From: Prolixibacteraceae bacterium
Lineage (GTDB): Bacteria > Bacteroidota > Bacteroidia > Bacteroidales > Prolixibacteraceae
NCBI GenBank assembly: GCA_019163175.1
Contig: JAFLKN010000021.1
Span: 161-64,160 of the forward strand
Reading direction: 5' to 3'
Length of the DNA: 64,000 nt
Positions 1 through 9,800 of this stretch are shown one piece after another. Position 1 is the stretch's first letter, and every line of letters starts with the position of its first letter. A program made the translations under genes and the position numbers. The notes under the pieces were generated by a model that worked only from the letters and a program-made list of their open reading frames with translations, had not been told where the DNA came from and did not search any database.

Positions 1-1974
1 GCGGTAAATCATCATTTTTCCGTCAGCACTTACAATAGCCTGACCAACTTTATCCATCACTTCTTCGTCCTTTTTATCTTCGATGGTGAATTTCCGCAGC
101 GAACCTTCCCCAATGTAAAGAATGCCACCATCAACAGCGATAAGGTTGCGGTAACTGCCGGCACTCATCGGAAATGCAGTAATCCGTGAATTAATTCCTT
201 CAAAGTCAATCTGGATTTTTACCGCTTCTTCTGAAGCTGGTTTTGTCTCAGGTTTGGCTTTTTTATCCTTCTTCGGTTCTTCCTTTGGCTTTTCGGCTTC
301 TTTTTCCTTCACCGGTTCAAGGTCATTCTTGTCCTTGAATAACTTGGGTTGATCAGCCTTCAGCGCAACTGCATAAATACGTGTTGATTTGTTATACACG
401 TAGTTAAATTCGAAACTTGAAAAATCGAGATTGTAATCGCGGTCGGAAACAAAATAAATGTATTTGCCATCGGTTGAGAAAACAGGCGAGCCATCGTTAA
501 AACGATCATCGGTTAATTGGTGGTTCCTGGCCGTTTCAAGGTTATAAACCCATACGGCACCCAAGCCATTGGCACCTTCTTTTTCGTAAGTTATCCATTT
601 TGAATCCGGTGAAAACGAATAGCCCCGAATTTCATCACGGTCGGCATGAGTAACAATGGTGGTTTTTCCATTTTCCACATCAACTAGTTTCAGTTGTAAA
701 GTGCGGTCGAAATAAAGCATGTATTTGCTGTTTGGCGACCATTCTGAATCGTATTTCCAAGCGGAAGAACCACTGGTCAATTGCTTTGGAGTTGCACCTT
801 TTTTATTTTCGAGCAGATAAATCTCGTATTCGCCTGAAGCATCAGAATAATACGAAATGTATTTGCCATCGGGCGACCAGCGCGGATAAATCTCCCGAAT
901 ACCTTGGGTGCTGGTCAGGTTATAGGTTGGACCATTTTCGGCTGGTATCGAAAAAATATCTCCGCGGGCAGAGATCAAAGCCCGTTTTCCGCTTGGCGAA
1001 ATTTCATAAGCCTGTACAAAATCTCTTACATTCTTGTAGTAAGGCACAATGTTCGGGTTGTCGAAATGAATGCTCACATTCACTTTGTCTTCCTTGCCGG
1101 TTTGCAAATTCAGCTTGTATAAAAATCCACCGTTTTCATAAACCATCTGGCCATTTTCTCCTGACGGCCACATGCAATCGAAATCAGCGTGGGTGGTCAG
1201 TTGTTTCAGCGCTTTCGTGCTGGTATTGTATTGGTAAATATTCAGTTTTAGGTCACGGTCAGACGCAAAATATACGTTGTCGCCAAACCATGTGGGAAGC
1301 TGGTCGGTACCTTTAAAATCGGTAATTTGTTCCGAAGTGTTCTTATCTAAATCGTAAATCCATAAATCGGAAGCACGACCACCTTTGTAGCGTTTCCAGG
1401 TGCGGAACTCGCGGTCAACCGGTGTGAAGCAAATCTTTTTGTTGTCGGGCGACAAAGCAGCAAATCCTCCGTTTACAATCGGAAGTGGTTTTTCCAGCCC
1501 ACCCTCAATATTCACTAAAAAGTATTTTCCGTTCCGGTCGCCAAAAGGCGTGCGGTTGGCGCGAATCAGAATGTTTTTGCTGTCCGAAGTCCAATCAAGC
1601 GGCACATCATCAAAACCTCCGCGTGGTGGCATTACACCTACTGAATTGTAGAAGGTGAGTTGTTTGGGAGTTCCGCCATTCGATGGCATCACGAAAATTT
1701 GCCTGCTTCCGGAGTATTCGCCTGAAAAGGCAATCCATTGGCCATCTGGTGATATTTTAGGAAAAAGCTCCTGTCCCGAATGGGAAGTCAGGCGGCGGGC
1801 TTCGCCTCCATTGGAATCTACCGACCAAATGTCGCCGGCATATACAAAGGCAATCAGGTTTTTATTTATGTCAGGAAAACGCATCAGACGGGCTTCGTCC
1901 TGGGCACTGGTTTTCAGAACAAAACTAAGACCCACTAAGGCCAAAGCCAGTACTTTGAATGAGATTTTTTGCAT
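1..1974 (-). CDS. Tricorn-like S41 protease (N-terminal part; runs off the left edge)
   Basis: Not in the ORF track because it is truncated. Manual translation from ATG at 1974 gives MQKISFKVLALALVGLSFVLKTSAQDEARLMRFPDINKNLIAFVYAGDIWSVDSNGGEARRLTSH...FPKISPDGQWIAFSGEY, a signal peptide plus PD40/tricorn propeller repeats. Confidence 0.85.
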   Translation of the reverse strand, partial: MQKISFKVLALALVGLSFVLKTSAQDEARLMRFPDINKNLIAFVYAGDIWSVDSNGGEARRLTSHSGQELFPKISPDGQWIAFSGEYSGSRQIFVMPSNGGTPKQLTFYNSVGVMPPRGGFDDVPLDWTSDSKNILIRANRTPFGDRNGKYFLVNIEGGLEKPLPIVNGGFAALSPDNKKICFTPVDREFRTWKRYKGGRASDLWIYDLDKNTSEQITDFKGTDQLPTWFGDNVYFASDRDLKLNIYQYNTSTKALKQLTTHADFDCMWPSGENGQMVYENGGFLYKLNLQTGKEDKVNVSIHFDNPNIVPYYKNVRDFVQAYEISPSGKRALISARGDIFSIPAENGPTYNLTSTQGIREIYPRWSPDGKYISYYSDASGEYEIYLLENKKGATPKQLTSGSSAWKYDSEWSPNSKYMLYFDRTLQLKLVDVENGKTTIVTHADRDEIRGYSFSPDSKWITYEKEGANGLGAVWVYNLETARNHQLTDDRFNDGSPVFSTDGKYIYFVSDRDYNLDFSSFEFNYVYNKSTRIYAVALKADQPKLFKDKNDLEPVKEKEAEKPKEEPKKDKKAKPETKPASEEAVKIQIDFEGINSRITAFPMSAGSYRNLIAVDGGILYIGEGSLRKFTIEDKKDEEVMDKVGQAIVSADGKMMIYR

Positions 1975-2147
1975 GTTATCTTGAATTTAGTAAAACTTGT
2001 TTCTGAGCAAATTGGTTGTACTAGTGCGTCCTAAATTACAACTAGCGAGATAAAATAGCTATGAGGAATTGCATATTTATGAAGAGTCCGATTTTAAGAT
2101 TCATCAAACTTGATGGTTACTTGGTGTTCTTTGTGGTTAAATCCATT

Positions 2148-2155
2148 TATCTTTG
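2148..2155 (+). promoter_or_regulatory. Bacteroidota sigma-A -7 element (TATCTTTG) upstream of cmk
   Basis: Exact TAnnTTTG match 16 nt before the cmk start. Confidence 0.6.
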
Positions 2156-2171
2156 TCGCAAACTTTGAAAA

Positions 2172-2864
2172 ATGATTCTTCCAAAAATAGTAATAGCCAT
2201 TGATGGGCATTCATCGTGCGGAAAGAGCACAATTGCCAAGGCGCTGGCTGTCCGGTTCGGATATGTTTTTATCGACAGCGGCGCTATGTACCGCGCTGTT
2301 ACTTTATTTGCCCTCAGAAATAATTTAATTGCCAATGGTAAAGTTGACGAGCAAAAACTGATCAGCCTTATTCCTCAAATAAATATCGAATTTCGTTACA
2401 ATTCTGAAAAACAAAAGAGTGACACTTATTTGAATTGGGAAAATGTGGAAGACGAAATCAGGCAGTTGCCCGTATCGCAGAATGTAAGCCCGGTAGCAAC
2501 TATAGCAGAAGTTCGTGCTGCTATGGTTCGTTTGCAGCAGGCAATGGGAAAGAACAAAGGAATTGTGATGGATGGCCGCGACATTGGAACGGTTGTTTTC
2601 CCTGAAGCAGAATTGAAGTTATTTGTAACGGCATCGGCTGAAATTCGCGCACAGCGCCGCTTTGATGAACTTACCGCAAACGGAGAATCGGTTTCGTATG
2701 CCGAAATTTTGCAAAATGTTCAGGAGCGCGATCGAATTGATTCGACCCGTGAAGCCAGTCCGTTGCGAAAAGCTGACGATGCCTTGATTCTGGATAACAG
2801 CAACATGACTCGTGAGGAGCAGATGGCGTGGGTGACTGAAAGGGTGATGGAACGATTGGGTTGA
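2172..2864 (+). CDS. cmk: Cytidylate kinase
   Basis: IAIDGHSSCGKST P-loop, DSGAMYRAV, VMDGRDIGTVVFPEAELK, RDRIDSTR motifs. Confidence 0.97.
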   Translation: MILPKIVIAIDGHSSCGKSTIAKALAVRFGYVFIDSGAMYRAVTLFALRNNLIANGKVDEQKLISLIPQINIEFRYNSEKQKSDTYLNWENVEDEIRQLPVSQNVSPVATIAEVRAAMVRLQQAMGKNKGIVMDGRDIGTVVFPEAELKLFVTASAEIRAQRRFDELTANGESVSYAEILQNVQERDRIDSTREASPLRKADDALILDNSNMTREEQMAWVTERVMERLG

Positions 2865-2868
2865 ATTC

Positions 2869-2892
2869 GTAGAGACAGGGCATGCCCTGTCT
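2869..2892. repeat. GTAG-type REP-like palindrome
   Basis: GTAG followed by the perfect 20-bp palindrome AGACAGGGCATGCCCTGTCT between cmk and ispH. Confidence 0.6.
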
Positions 2893-2922
2893 GTTTGAAT
2901 CAAATGCAAAATATTAAAACAG

Positions 2923-3777
2923 ATGATCGTAGAAATTGACCAAAAATCGGGCTTTTGTTTCGGGGTAATGAATGCCATCGGAAAAGCAGAAGAAACGCTG
3001 AATACCGAAGATATGCTCTATTCCCTTGGTTATATTGTGCACAACGAACTGGAAGTAAAGCGACTTCAGAAATTGGGTTTAAAGACAATTACACACGACG
3101 AATATTTCGGGCTTAAAGATTGTAAAGTTCTGATCAGAGCGCATGGAGAACCACCTTCAACTTACGAATATGCCCGGCAAAATAATATTACTTTAATTGA
3201 TGCAACCTGTCCGGTAGTTTTGAAACTTCAGCAAAGGGTAAAGAAAGCTGCTGAAACGATGCACGAAGAAAATGGACAAGTGGTTATTTTTGGGCACCAT
3301 GGTCATGCCGAAGTTACCGGACTGGCTGGCCAGATGAATAATGAAGCGATTGTTATTGATCATCCGGATGATATTAAAAAGATAGATCCTTCGCGGCCAG
3401 TTGTGGTTTTTTCACAGACCACCAAATCGGTTGAAGATTTCAAAAAACTGGCTCAAAACATTCAGGAACAAGCCACAGAGGGAAGGGTAGAAACTCATGA
3501 TACGGTTTGCCGTCAGGTTTCAAACCGTGTTCCGCATATTGAAAAATTTGTTGTCAGGTTTGATGTTGTTATTTTTGTTGGAGGCTTGCACAGCTCCAAT
3601 GCACAAGTACTTTTTGATGTTTGCAAAAGGAACAATCCACATAGCTATTTTGTGAGTTCAGCAGCAGATTTGCAGTCAGATTGGTTTACAAAAGCCGAAA
3701 AAGTAGGTATTTGCGGGGCAACTTCAACGCCCCAATGGCTTATGGAAAAGGTGGCAGAAATGATCAAACAGTTTTAA
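2923..3777 (+). CDS. ispH: 4-hydroxy-3-methylbut-2-enyl diphosphate reductase
   Basis: SGFCFGV, RAHG, DATCPVV, SQTT, DTVC, SSNA, GATSTP; three Fe-S cysteines. Confidence 0.97.
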   Translation: MIVEIDQKSGFCFGVMNAIGKAEETLNTEDMLYSLGYIVHNELEVKRLQKLGLKTITHDEYFGLKDCKVLIRAHGEPPSTYEYARQNNITLIDATCPVVLKLQQRVKKAAETMHEENGQVVIFGHHGHAEVTGLAGQMNNEAIVIDHPDDIKKIDPSRPVVVFSQTTKSVEDFKKLAQNIQEQATEGRVETHDTVCRQVSNRVPHIEKFVVRFDVVIFVGGLHSSNAQVLFDVCKRNNPHSYFVSSAADLQSDWFTKAEKVGICGATSTPQWLMEKVAEMIKQF

Positions 3778-3879
3778 GTCTTCATTAATCTTCAGTCACA
3801 ATTTAATCACGGCTGGCTTTTATTCCAATTACTTCAATTACCTTTAGTTTGATTTATTTATCAGCTAAAAGATTTGATT

Positions 3880-4899
3880 ATGACAATGAAAGATAATAGC
3901 ATGGAATCGACTCCCAAAAGAAAAAAATTACAGAAAATAGGTGTTTTTACCTCAGGGGGTGACGCACCGGGAATGAATGCCGCCATTCGTGCAGTAACAC
4001 GCGCTGCACTTGCAAATAAATTAAAAGTGGTTGGCATTCGTCGTGGATATCAGGGAATGATTGAAGGTGATTTTATCAACCTCAAATCATCGGATGTGAG
4101 CGGAATTCTGCAAACTGGAGGTACCATGCTGAAAACAGCTCGCAGTGCCGAGTTCAGAACGCCGGAAGGTCGCGAAAAAGCGTATCAGCAACTTAAAAAG
4201 GCTGAAATTGATGCAGTGGTTGTGATTGGTGGTGATGGTTCATTTACCGGAGCTTTGGTTCTCTCCCAGGAATACGATGTTTCGTTTGTTGGAATTCCCG
4301 GAACAATTGATAACGATATGTACGGCACTGATTATACGATTGGCTACGATACAGCTTTGAATACAGTTGTTGAAGCCGTGGATAAAATTAAAGATACAGC
4401 TCGTTCGCATGGACGTATCTTCTTTGTTGAAGTTATGGGGCGTGAAGCCGGTTTGCTTGCTCTCAATAGCGGAATTGCCTGTGGCGCAGAAGTTATTCTT
4501 ATACCTGAATCGAATGAGCAACACGAACAGCTGAAGAAGTTTATAAACAAGGGATATAAAAACAAGGAGACCAGCGGAATTGTGATGGTTGCCGAAGGTG
4601 ATGAAGCCGGTGGTGCACTTAAAATTGCAGAGCAGGTTCGTAAAGATCATCCGGATTTAGACGTTCGCGTTTCCATTTTAGGACACATTCAGCGTGGCGG
4701 GCGACCAACCGCTAAAGACCGTGTAAACGCAACCAAAATGGGTGTTGCAGCCATTGATGCTTTACTCGACGATCAGAAAAGTATTATGATTGGGCTCGAC
4801 AATGAAAAGATTGTGCATGTGCCTTTCAATAAAGCAGTGAAATTAAACCACAGTATTGATACCAATTTACTCGAAATTCATAAGTTGCTCAATACATAA
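3880..4899 (+). CDS. pfkA: ATP-dependent 6-phosphofructokinase
   Basis: TSGGDAPGMNAAIR, GGDGS, PGTIDND, EVMGR, LGHIQRGG. Start uncertain (3874-3901). Confidence 0.96.
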   Translation: MTMKDNSMESTPKRKKLQKIGVFTSGGDAPGMNAAIRAVTRAALANKLKVVGIRRGYQGMIEGDFINLKSSDVSGILQTGGTMLKTARSAEFRTPEGREKAYQQLKKAEIDAVVVIGGDGSFTGALVLSQEYDVSFVGIPGTIDNDMYGTDYTIGYDTALNTVVEAVDKIKDTARSHGRIFFVEVMGREAGLLALNSGIACGAEVILIPESNEQHEQLKKFINKGYKNKETSGIVMVAEGDEAGGALKIAEQVRKDHPDLDVRVSILGHIQRGGRPTAKDRVNATKMGVAAIDALLDDQKSIMIGLDNEKIVHVPFNKAVKLNHSIDTNLLEIHKLLNT

Positions 4900-4932
4900 G
4901 CTTCTAAAATCCGAAGCGGTTTATACAAAACC

Positions 4933-4977
4933 AGAGTGCCTAAAGTAAAACTGTGAACCAGATACTTTAGGCACTCT
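4933..4977. terminator. 15-bp perfect inverted repeat between convergent pfkA and MCP genes
   Basis: AGAGTGCCTAAAGTA-N15-TACTTTAGGCACTCT; likely bidirectional terminator or REP-like element. Confidence 0.6.
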
Positions 4978-4999
4978 TATTTTATATGTGTATTCCTTT

Positions 5000-6907
5000 T
5001 TAATTTGAACCTTCAATCTTGAAGTAAGATATCAGTTTTTTGAGATTTCGAGCCTGGCCTGAAATGCTTTTTGAATTGATTGACAGTTCAAAGGATGATT
5101 CGGCATTCTGCTGCGTAACCATATTTAATTGCTGAATTCCCTGGTTAATTTCTTCTGAACTGACTTCTTGTTCCAGACTTGATGCTGAAATTTGTTTAAC
5201 TAATCGTGCAGTTTGCTCAATGTCAGGAATAATTTCCATCAGCTTAGCACCGGTTTCGCGCGCCTGAAGAATGCCCTGAGACGACAATTCGTTGATTTCT
5301 TTCGCCGCTAGTTGCGATTTTTCGGCCAATTTTTTAATCTCAGCAGCTACAACACTAAAACCTTTTCCCTGAATGCCGTACCTTGAAGCTTCTATGGAAG
5401 CGTTGATTGCCAATAGATTGGTTTGCTTGGCAATTTCACCAATAATCGAGATTTTCCGGATAATGTTGTTCATCGATTGAATTAAAGCTTTGGTCGACTC
5501 ATTTCCTTCCTGCATTCCCAAAGCCGCTTTAATTGCAATTTTCTCGGTTTCGCGGGCGTTTAGTGTGTTTTGCTGAATACGTGCCAGCATGAGTTCCATT
5601 GATGTTGAAATCTCTTCGGCTGACGATGCCTGGTTATTTGCTCCGTCGGCCAATTTTACTGATGAATCCAAGAGTTCCAGACTACTTTCAGCAATAACAT
5701 CAGAGCTTTGAATTATTTCGCCCATGATGGTCGTAAGTTTTGACGCCATCATAGAAAGAGACTGAGCAAGGTCACCAATCTCGTCATTTTGCTGAATATC
5801 CAGCGTTGAATTTAGATTTCCGGTTGAAATTGTTTGCGCAAATTTTACGCCTTTAACAATTGGAGCGCTTATCATTCCGGCAATAAAATAAATAATAATG
5901 TACAAAAGAATTAAGCCCAATACACCTGTCAATGCAGTATTTGCCAAAACCTTTTGGGCTTCATTCAAAATAACTTTAGTGGGTACTTCAACACCAATAA
6001 TCCAGTTGGTATTTATATTTCCAATCATAATTGGCTCAAACGAAACAAAATACTCTTCGCCATTGCTTGAATTTTTATAGGTGAATGATTTATTCGCCCC
6101 AAGATTATCAGCAAATGCCTCATTTTTAAATACTGTGGAGTCCGCAGCAAGTGAGCTGATGAAATTCTGACCGGTAAGTGAAGTATTGGTGTGTGCAACA
6201 ACAATCCTGTTTTCTGAAATGATATAAGATACCGCTTCATTGTAGGGTTTGATGCTGGATATAAGTTGATTCATGTGTGAAAGTGAGATGTCAATTCCAA
6301 CCATTCCTACAAATTGTCCGCCTTCGTTCTGGATAGGAGTAAGCATACTTGTCATCAGAATTCCCCTCATCTCTTTGGTCGACTGATCGTAATAAGGATT
6401 AACAATGGTTTCCTTATTCATTTTACGAACCTGATAATAGGTGCTTGTAAGTTCCTGGTTGGTGGTATCTTCAATCGCCTTTTGATTGACAATTTTACCC
6501 CCTTCACGAAAAAAACCATTCCAGAAACGACCGTTTTTCTTCCTGTAAGTTTTGTCAAGAGCCTTTAATTCCCAATAAACTCCAATCGATAAATATTCAG
6601 GATGTTTGGCAAAATTGCTGGTTAACAAGTTGTCGTAGAATATGTCGCGGTTTTTTTGATCTAGCTTTTGGTATGATTCGAATGAATTTTTCATTGTGCG
6701 AGCCGACTCCATCATAACGTTTAATTCGGCAGAAATTTTATTCTGATATTCGCGGCTCGAACCTTTTACAATTTCAACGGAGTTTCTGTATGTAATTTCT
6801 TTTAGCCGGTAGCTAATGTAGCCAAATGTTATACCGTAAATTATGGTTGCTGCGGTAAGAATGTACACATTCAGTTTTAGTTTGAGATTAAATCTTCCCC
6901 GGCTCAT
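5000..6907 (-). CDS. Methyl-accepting chemotaxis protein (Cache-like periplasmic domain, HAMP, MA domain)
   Basis: Two TM segments flanking a Cache-like domain (PYYD...MVGIDISL), HAMP (DEIGDLA), signalling tip IAKQTNLLAINASIEASRYGIQGKGFSVVAAEIKKLAEKS. Confidence 0.93.
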   Translation of the reverse strand: MSRGRFNLKLKLNVYILTAATIIYGITFGYISYRLKEITYRNSVEIVKGSSREYQNKISAELNVMMESARTMKNSFESYQKLDQKNRDIFYDNLLTSNFAKHPEYLSIGVYWELKALDKTYRKKNGRFWNGFFREGGKIVNQKAIEDTTNQELTSTYYQVRKMNKETIVNPYYDQSTKEMRGILMTSMLTPIQNEGGQFVGMVGIDISLSHMNQLISSIKPYNEAVSYIISENRIVVAHTNTSLTGQNFISSLAADSTVFKNEAFADNLGANKSFTYKNSSNGEEYFVSFEPIMIGNINTNWIIGVEVPTKVILNEAQKVLANTALTGVLGLILLYIIIYFIAGMISAPIVKGVKFAQTISTGNLNSTLDIQQNDEIGDLAQSLSMMASKLTTIMGEIIQSSDVIAESSLELLDSSVKLADGANNQASSAEEISTSMELMLARIQQNTLNARETEKIAIKAALGMQEGNESTKALIQSMNNIIRKISIIGEIAKQTNLLAINASIEASRYGIQGKGFSVVAAEIKKLAEKSQLAAKEINELSSQGILQARETGAKLMEIIPDIEQTARLVKQISASSLEQEVSSEEINQGIQQLNMVTQQNAESSFELSINSKSISGQARNLKKLISYFKIEGSN

Positions 6908-7138
6908 ATTTTTGAAAATTAAGATTGAATTGTAGGCTCAATATAGGTTCTTCATCATACCAGTTCATGAAGTTTGACTAAGGTAGAATTAATAATTTGA
7001 TTTCAAAAGAAGCGATGAAAGTTCCCGGTTGGGAGCCTTTAAAAGATCCATTTGGAGTTGTATTTTCAGGAGAAATTTTCTGTTACAAACTTTTGCGTAA
7101 ATATTCGAATCCGGAATCTTTTTCGGTATTTTGCACCT

Positions 7139-9628
7139 ATGATTGATGATGTACTTTTTGCTGATGTGATTTTGCCTTTACCGCTCGATTACCGATTTAC
7201 TTATCGGGTTCCGGCGGCTTTCCAGATGCGTGTAAAAACCGGTGTCAGGGTTATTGTGCAATTCGGAAAACGCAAGTTTTTTTCGGCATTGGTTTATAAA
7301 CTTCATCAGGATATGCCCACCGGTGATTTTGAGATTAAAGATATTGAAGCCATTCTTGACGATGAGCCCATTATCGGTGAAAAACAACTTCAGTTGTGGG
7401 AATGGATTGCAAATTATTATTGCTGTACGCTAGGCGAAGTGTACAAAGCCGCTTTACCATCAGGGCTTAAATTGGAGAGTCAGACTAAGATTAGTCTTAA
7501 TCCCGATGCCATTCTGACTGAAGGTTTAAACGAAAAGGAAACCGCAGTTATATTGTTGCTTGAAAGCCGCAAAACAGCCAGCATACTGGATTTGAACAAG
7601 TTTTTAGGGCAGCAGTCGTCGTTTGCAGTGCTGAAATTGTTGCTCGAAAGAAATGCCGTAATTGTTGAAGAGCAACTGCGCGAGAGTTACAAGCCGAAAG
7701 TCATTTCTACAGTCCGGTTAAATCCGGAATTTCGTTCAGAAGAAAAGCTAAATACGATCCTTGATTTGCTCTCGAGAAAAGCAAAAAAACAGGAACATCT
7801 GCTGAAAATATTTTTGGCTGAAACGCTCTATGGCGACCTGGAACGAACCGAGATCGGTAAAAAAGATTTGCTTGAATTGGCTGATGCATCTGAAGGTGCA
7901 CTGAAAGGCCTGGAAGAAAAGCAAATTCTGGAAGTATATCAGAATGAGATTGGGCGAATTGATCGCCCGCAAAACAGCGAATTGCTGATAAAGGAGCTCT
8001 CAGAACCTCAACAGAAGGCCCATGATGAAATAATTAAGCAATTTGAAACACAACAAACTGTTTTGCTGAACGGCGTGACATCGAGCGGAAAAACGGAAAT
8101 ATATATTCGCTTGATCGAAGAGCAGCTAAAACTGGGAAAACAGGTGCTTTACCTCGTTCCTGAAATCGGATTAACGACTCAAATTATCACCCGGCTAAAA
8201 ACTGCTTTCGGCGATTTGGCCGGAATTTATCATTCCAAATTTAACGACGCTGAACGTGTCGAAATCTGGTTTAATGTGCTGAACACGAAATCAGGCAAGA
8301 CCGGCCAGCAATATAAAGTAATACTTGGGGCAAGGTCGGCTATATTTTTGCCTTTCAGAGATTTGGGGTTAATTATTGTTGATGAAGAGCACGAGAATTC
8401 GTACAAGCAATTCGATCCTGCTCCGCGCTACAATGCCCGCGATATGGCCATTTTGATGGGAAATATTCATGGTGCAAAAGTGCTGTTAGGTTCGGCCACT
8501 CCATCGTACGAAACCTATTACAATGCCCGAAGTAACAAATACGGGCTGGTTGATCTTTCCGAACGTTTTAAGGGAATTGAAATGCCAGAGCTAATTCCGG
8601 CTAATACACAGGAAGCATACAAACGGAAGCAAATGCGATCAGTTTTTACGCCTGAACTTTATGATGAAATTGCGATGGCTTTGCAGAATAAAGAACAAGT
8701 CATCCTTTTTCAGAATAGGAGAGGGTTTGCACCTTTTGTGCAATGTGGAAAATGTGGCTGGATTCCGAAATGCAAATACTGTGATGTAAGTAAAACCTAC
8801 CATAAAAACCGGTCGAGCCTGATTTGCCACTATTGTGGCCATACCACTTCGTTGGTCACCAAGTGCGAAGAATGTGGTTCGGATGAAATAAAACCCCGTG
8901 GTTTTGGTACTGAAAAAATAGAGGATGAAATTCAGCTTCTTTTTCCTGAGGCACGGGTAGCCCGTATGGATTTAGATACTACACGAGCAAAGAAAGCTTA
9001 CGATCAACTGATCTGGCAATTCGAAACAGGTAAAATCGATATTTTGGTTGGCACACAAATGGTGACCAAAGGGCTTGACTTTGATCATGTTCGTGTGGTT
9101 GGAGTGCTGAATGCCGACAATCTGCTAAATTATCCGGATTTTCGTTCGTACGAGCGTAGTTTTCAGCTTATCATGCAGGTGAGTGGGAGAGCTGGACGTA
9201 AAAACAGACGGGGAAGAGTGATCATTCAAACCACCCAGCCTAATCATCCGGTTATTCAGGATGTAATTGCCAATGATTATTACCGGCTTTTTAGCCGTCA
9301 AATGGCAGAACGGAAGATGTTTCGCTATCCACCGTATTATCGTTTAATCAAAATCGTGGTAAAACATCAGAATAAAGAAAGGCTTGATCTGGCAGCTTTG
9401 CATTTAACCACAGCATTTAAAACGCACTTTAACAAGAATGTGTTGGGTCCGGAATATCCGGTTGTGGGTAGAATTCAAATGTGGTTTCAGAAAGAAATAC
9501 TCATCAAATTACCGCGTGACGGCAAAGTTCAGGAGGCTAAGACGAAAATCATGGAAATCATCAACCACGCCAAATCACAGCCTAATAATAGCCAGTTAAT
9601 TGTTTATGCTGATGTTGATCCGATGTAA
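7139..9628 (+). CDS. priA: Primosomal protein N' (replication restart helicase)
   Basis: FADVILPL...FTY N-terminus, GVTSSGKT, DEEH, GSATPS, four CxxC zinc motifs, QVSGRAGR. ATG at 7139 preferred over TTG at 7052. Confidence 0.96.
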   Translation: MIDDVLFADVILPLPLDYRFTYRVPAAFQMRVKTGVRVIVQFGKRKFFSALVYKLHQDMPTGDFEIKDIEAILDDEPIIGEKQLQLWEWIANYYCCTLGEVYKAALPSGLKLESQTKISLNPDAILTEGLNEKETAVILLLESRKTASILDLNKFLGQQSSFAVLKLLLERNAVIVEEQLRESYKPKVISTVRLNPEFRSEEKLNTILDLLSRKAKKQEHLLKIFLAETLYGDLERTEIGKKDLLELADASEGALKGLEEKQILEVYQNEIGRIDRPQNSELLIKELSEPQQKAHDEIIKQFETQQTVLLNGVTSSGKTEIYIRLIEEQLKLGKQVLYLVPEIGLTTQIITRLKTAFGDLAGIYHSKFNDAERVEIWFNVLNTKSGKTGQQYKVILGARSAIFLPFRDLGLIIVDEEHENSYKQFDPAPRYNARDMAILMGNIHGAKVLLGSATPSYETYYNARSNKYGLVDLSERFKGIEMPELIPANTQEAYKRKQMRSVFTPELYDEIAMALQNKEQVILFQNRRGFAPFVQCGKCGWIPKCKYCDVSKTYHKNRSSLICHYCGHTTSLVTKCEECGSDEIKPRGFGTEKIEDEIQLLFPEARVARMDLDTTRAKKAYDQLIWQFETGKIDILVGTQMVTKGLDFDHVRVVGVLNADNLLNYPDFRSYERSFQLIMQVSGRAGRKNRRGRVIIQTTQPNHPVIQDVIANDYYRLFSRQMAERKMFRYPPYYRLIKIVVKHQNKERLDLAALHLTTAFKTHFNKNVLGPEYPVVGRIQMWFQKEILIKLPRDGKVQEAKTKIMEIINHAKSQPNNSQLIVYADVDPM

Positions 9629-9722
9629 GTTGATCGTCATGAAAATCAATTTGTGCATTGCTGGGTTCTATAAAATGCACCGTACCATTATGAAAATTTT
9701 GGAATTGTATAAAGCCAGCTTG

Positions 9723-9764
9723 ATAAATTAAGGATATAAATATCAATCTATATCCTTAATTTAT
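9723..9764. terminator. 16-bp perfect AT-rich inverted repeat between convergent priA and T9SS gene
   Basis: ATAAATTAAGGATATA-N10-TATATCCTTAATTTAT. Confidence 0.55.
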
Positions 9765-9800
9765 TGTAATTATTATCACTGATAAAGGGGAGATAAAATA

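Noticed and set aside
732-1984. Plus-strand ORFs of 72-194 aa in the track
   Set aside because: Antisense shadows of the minus-strand tricorn protease that the track missed.
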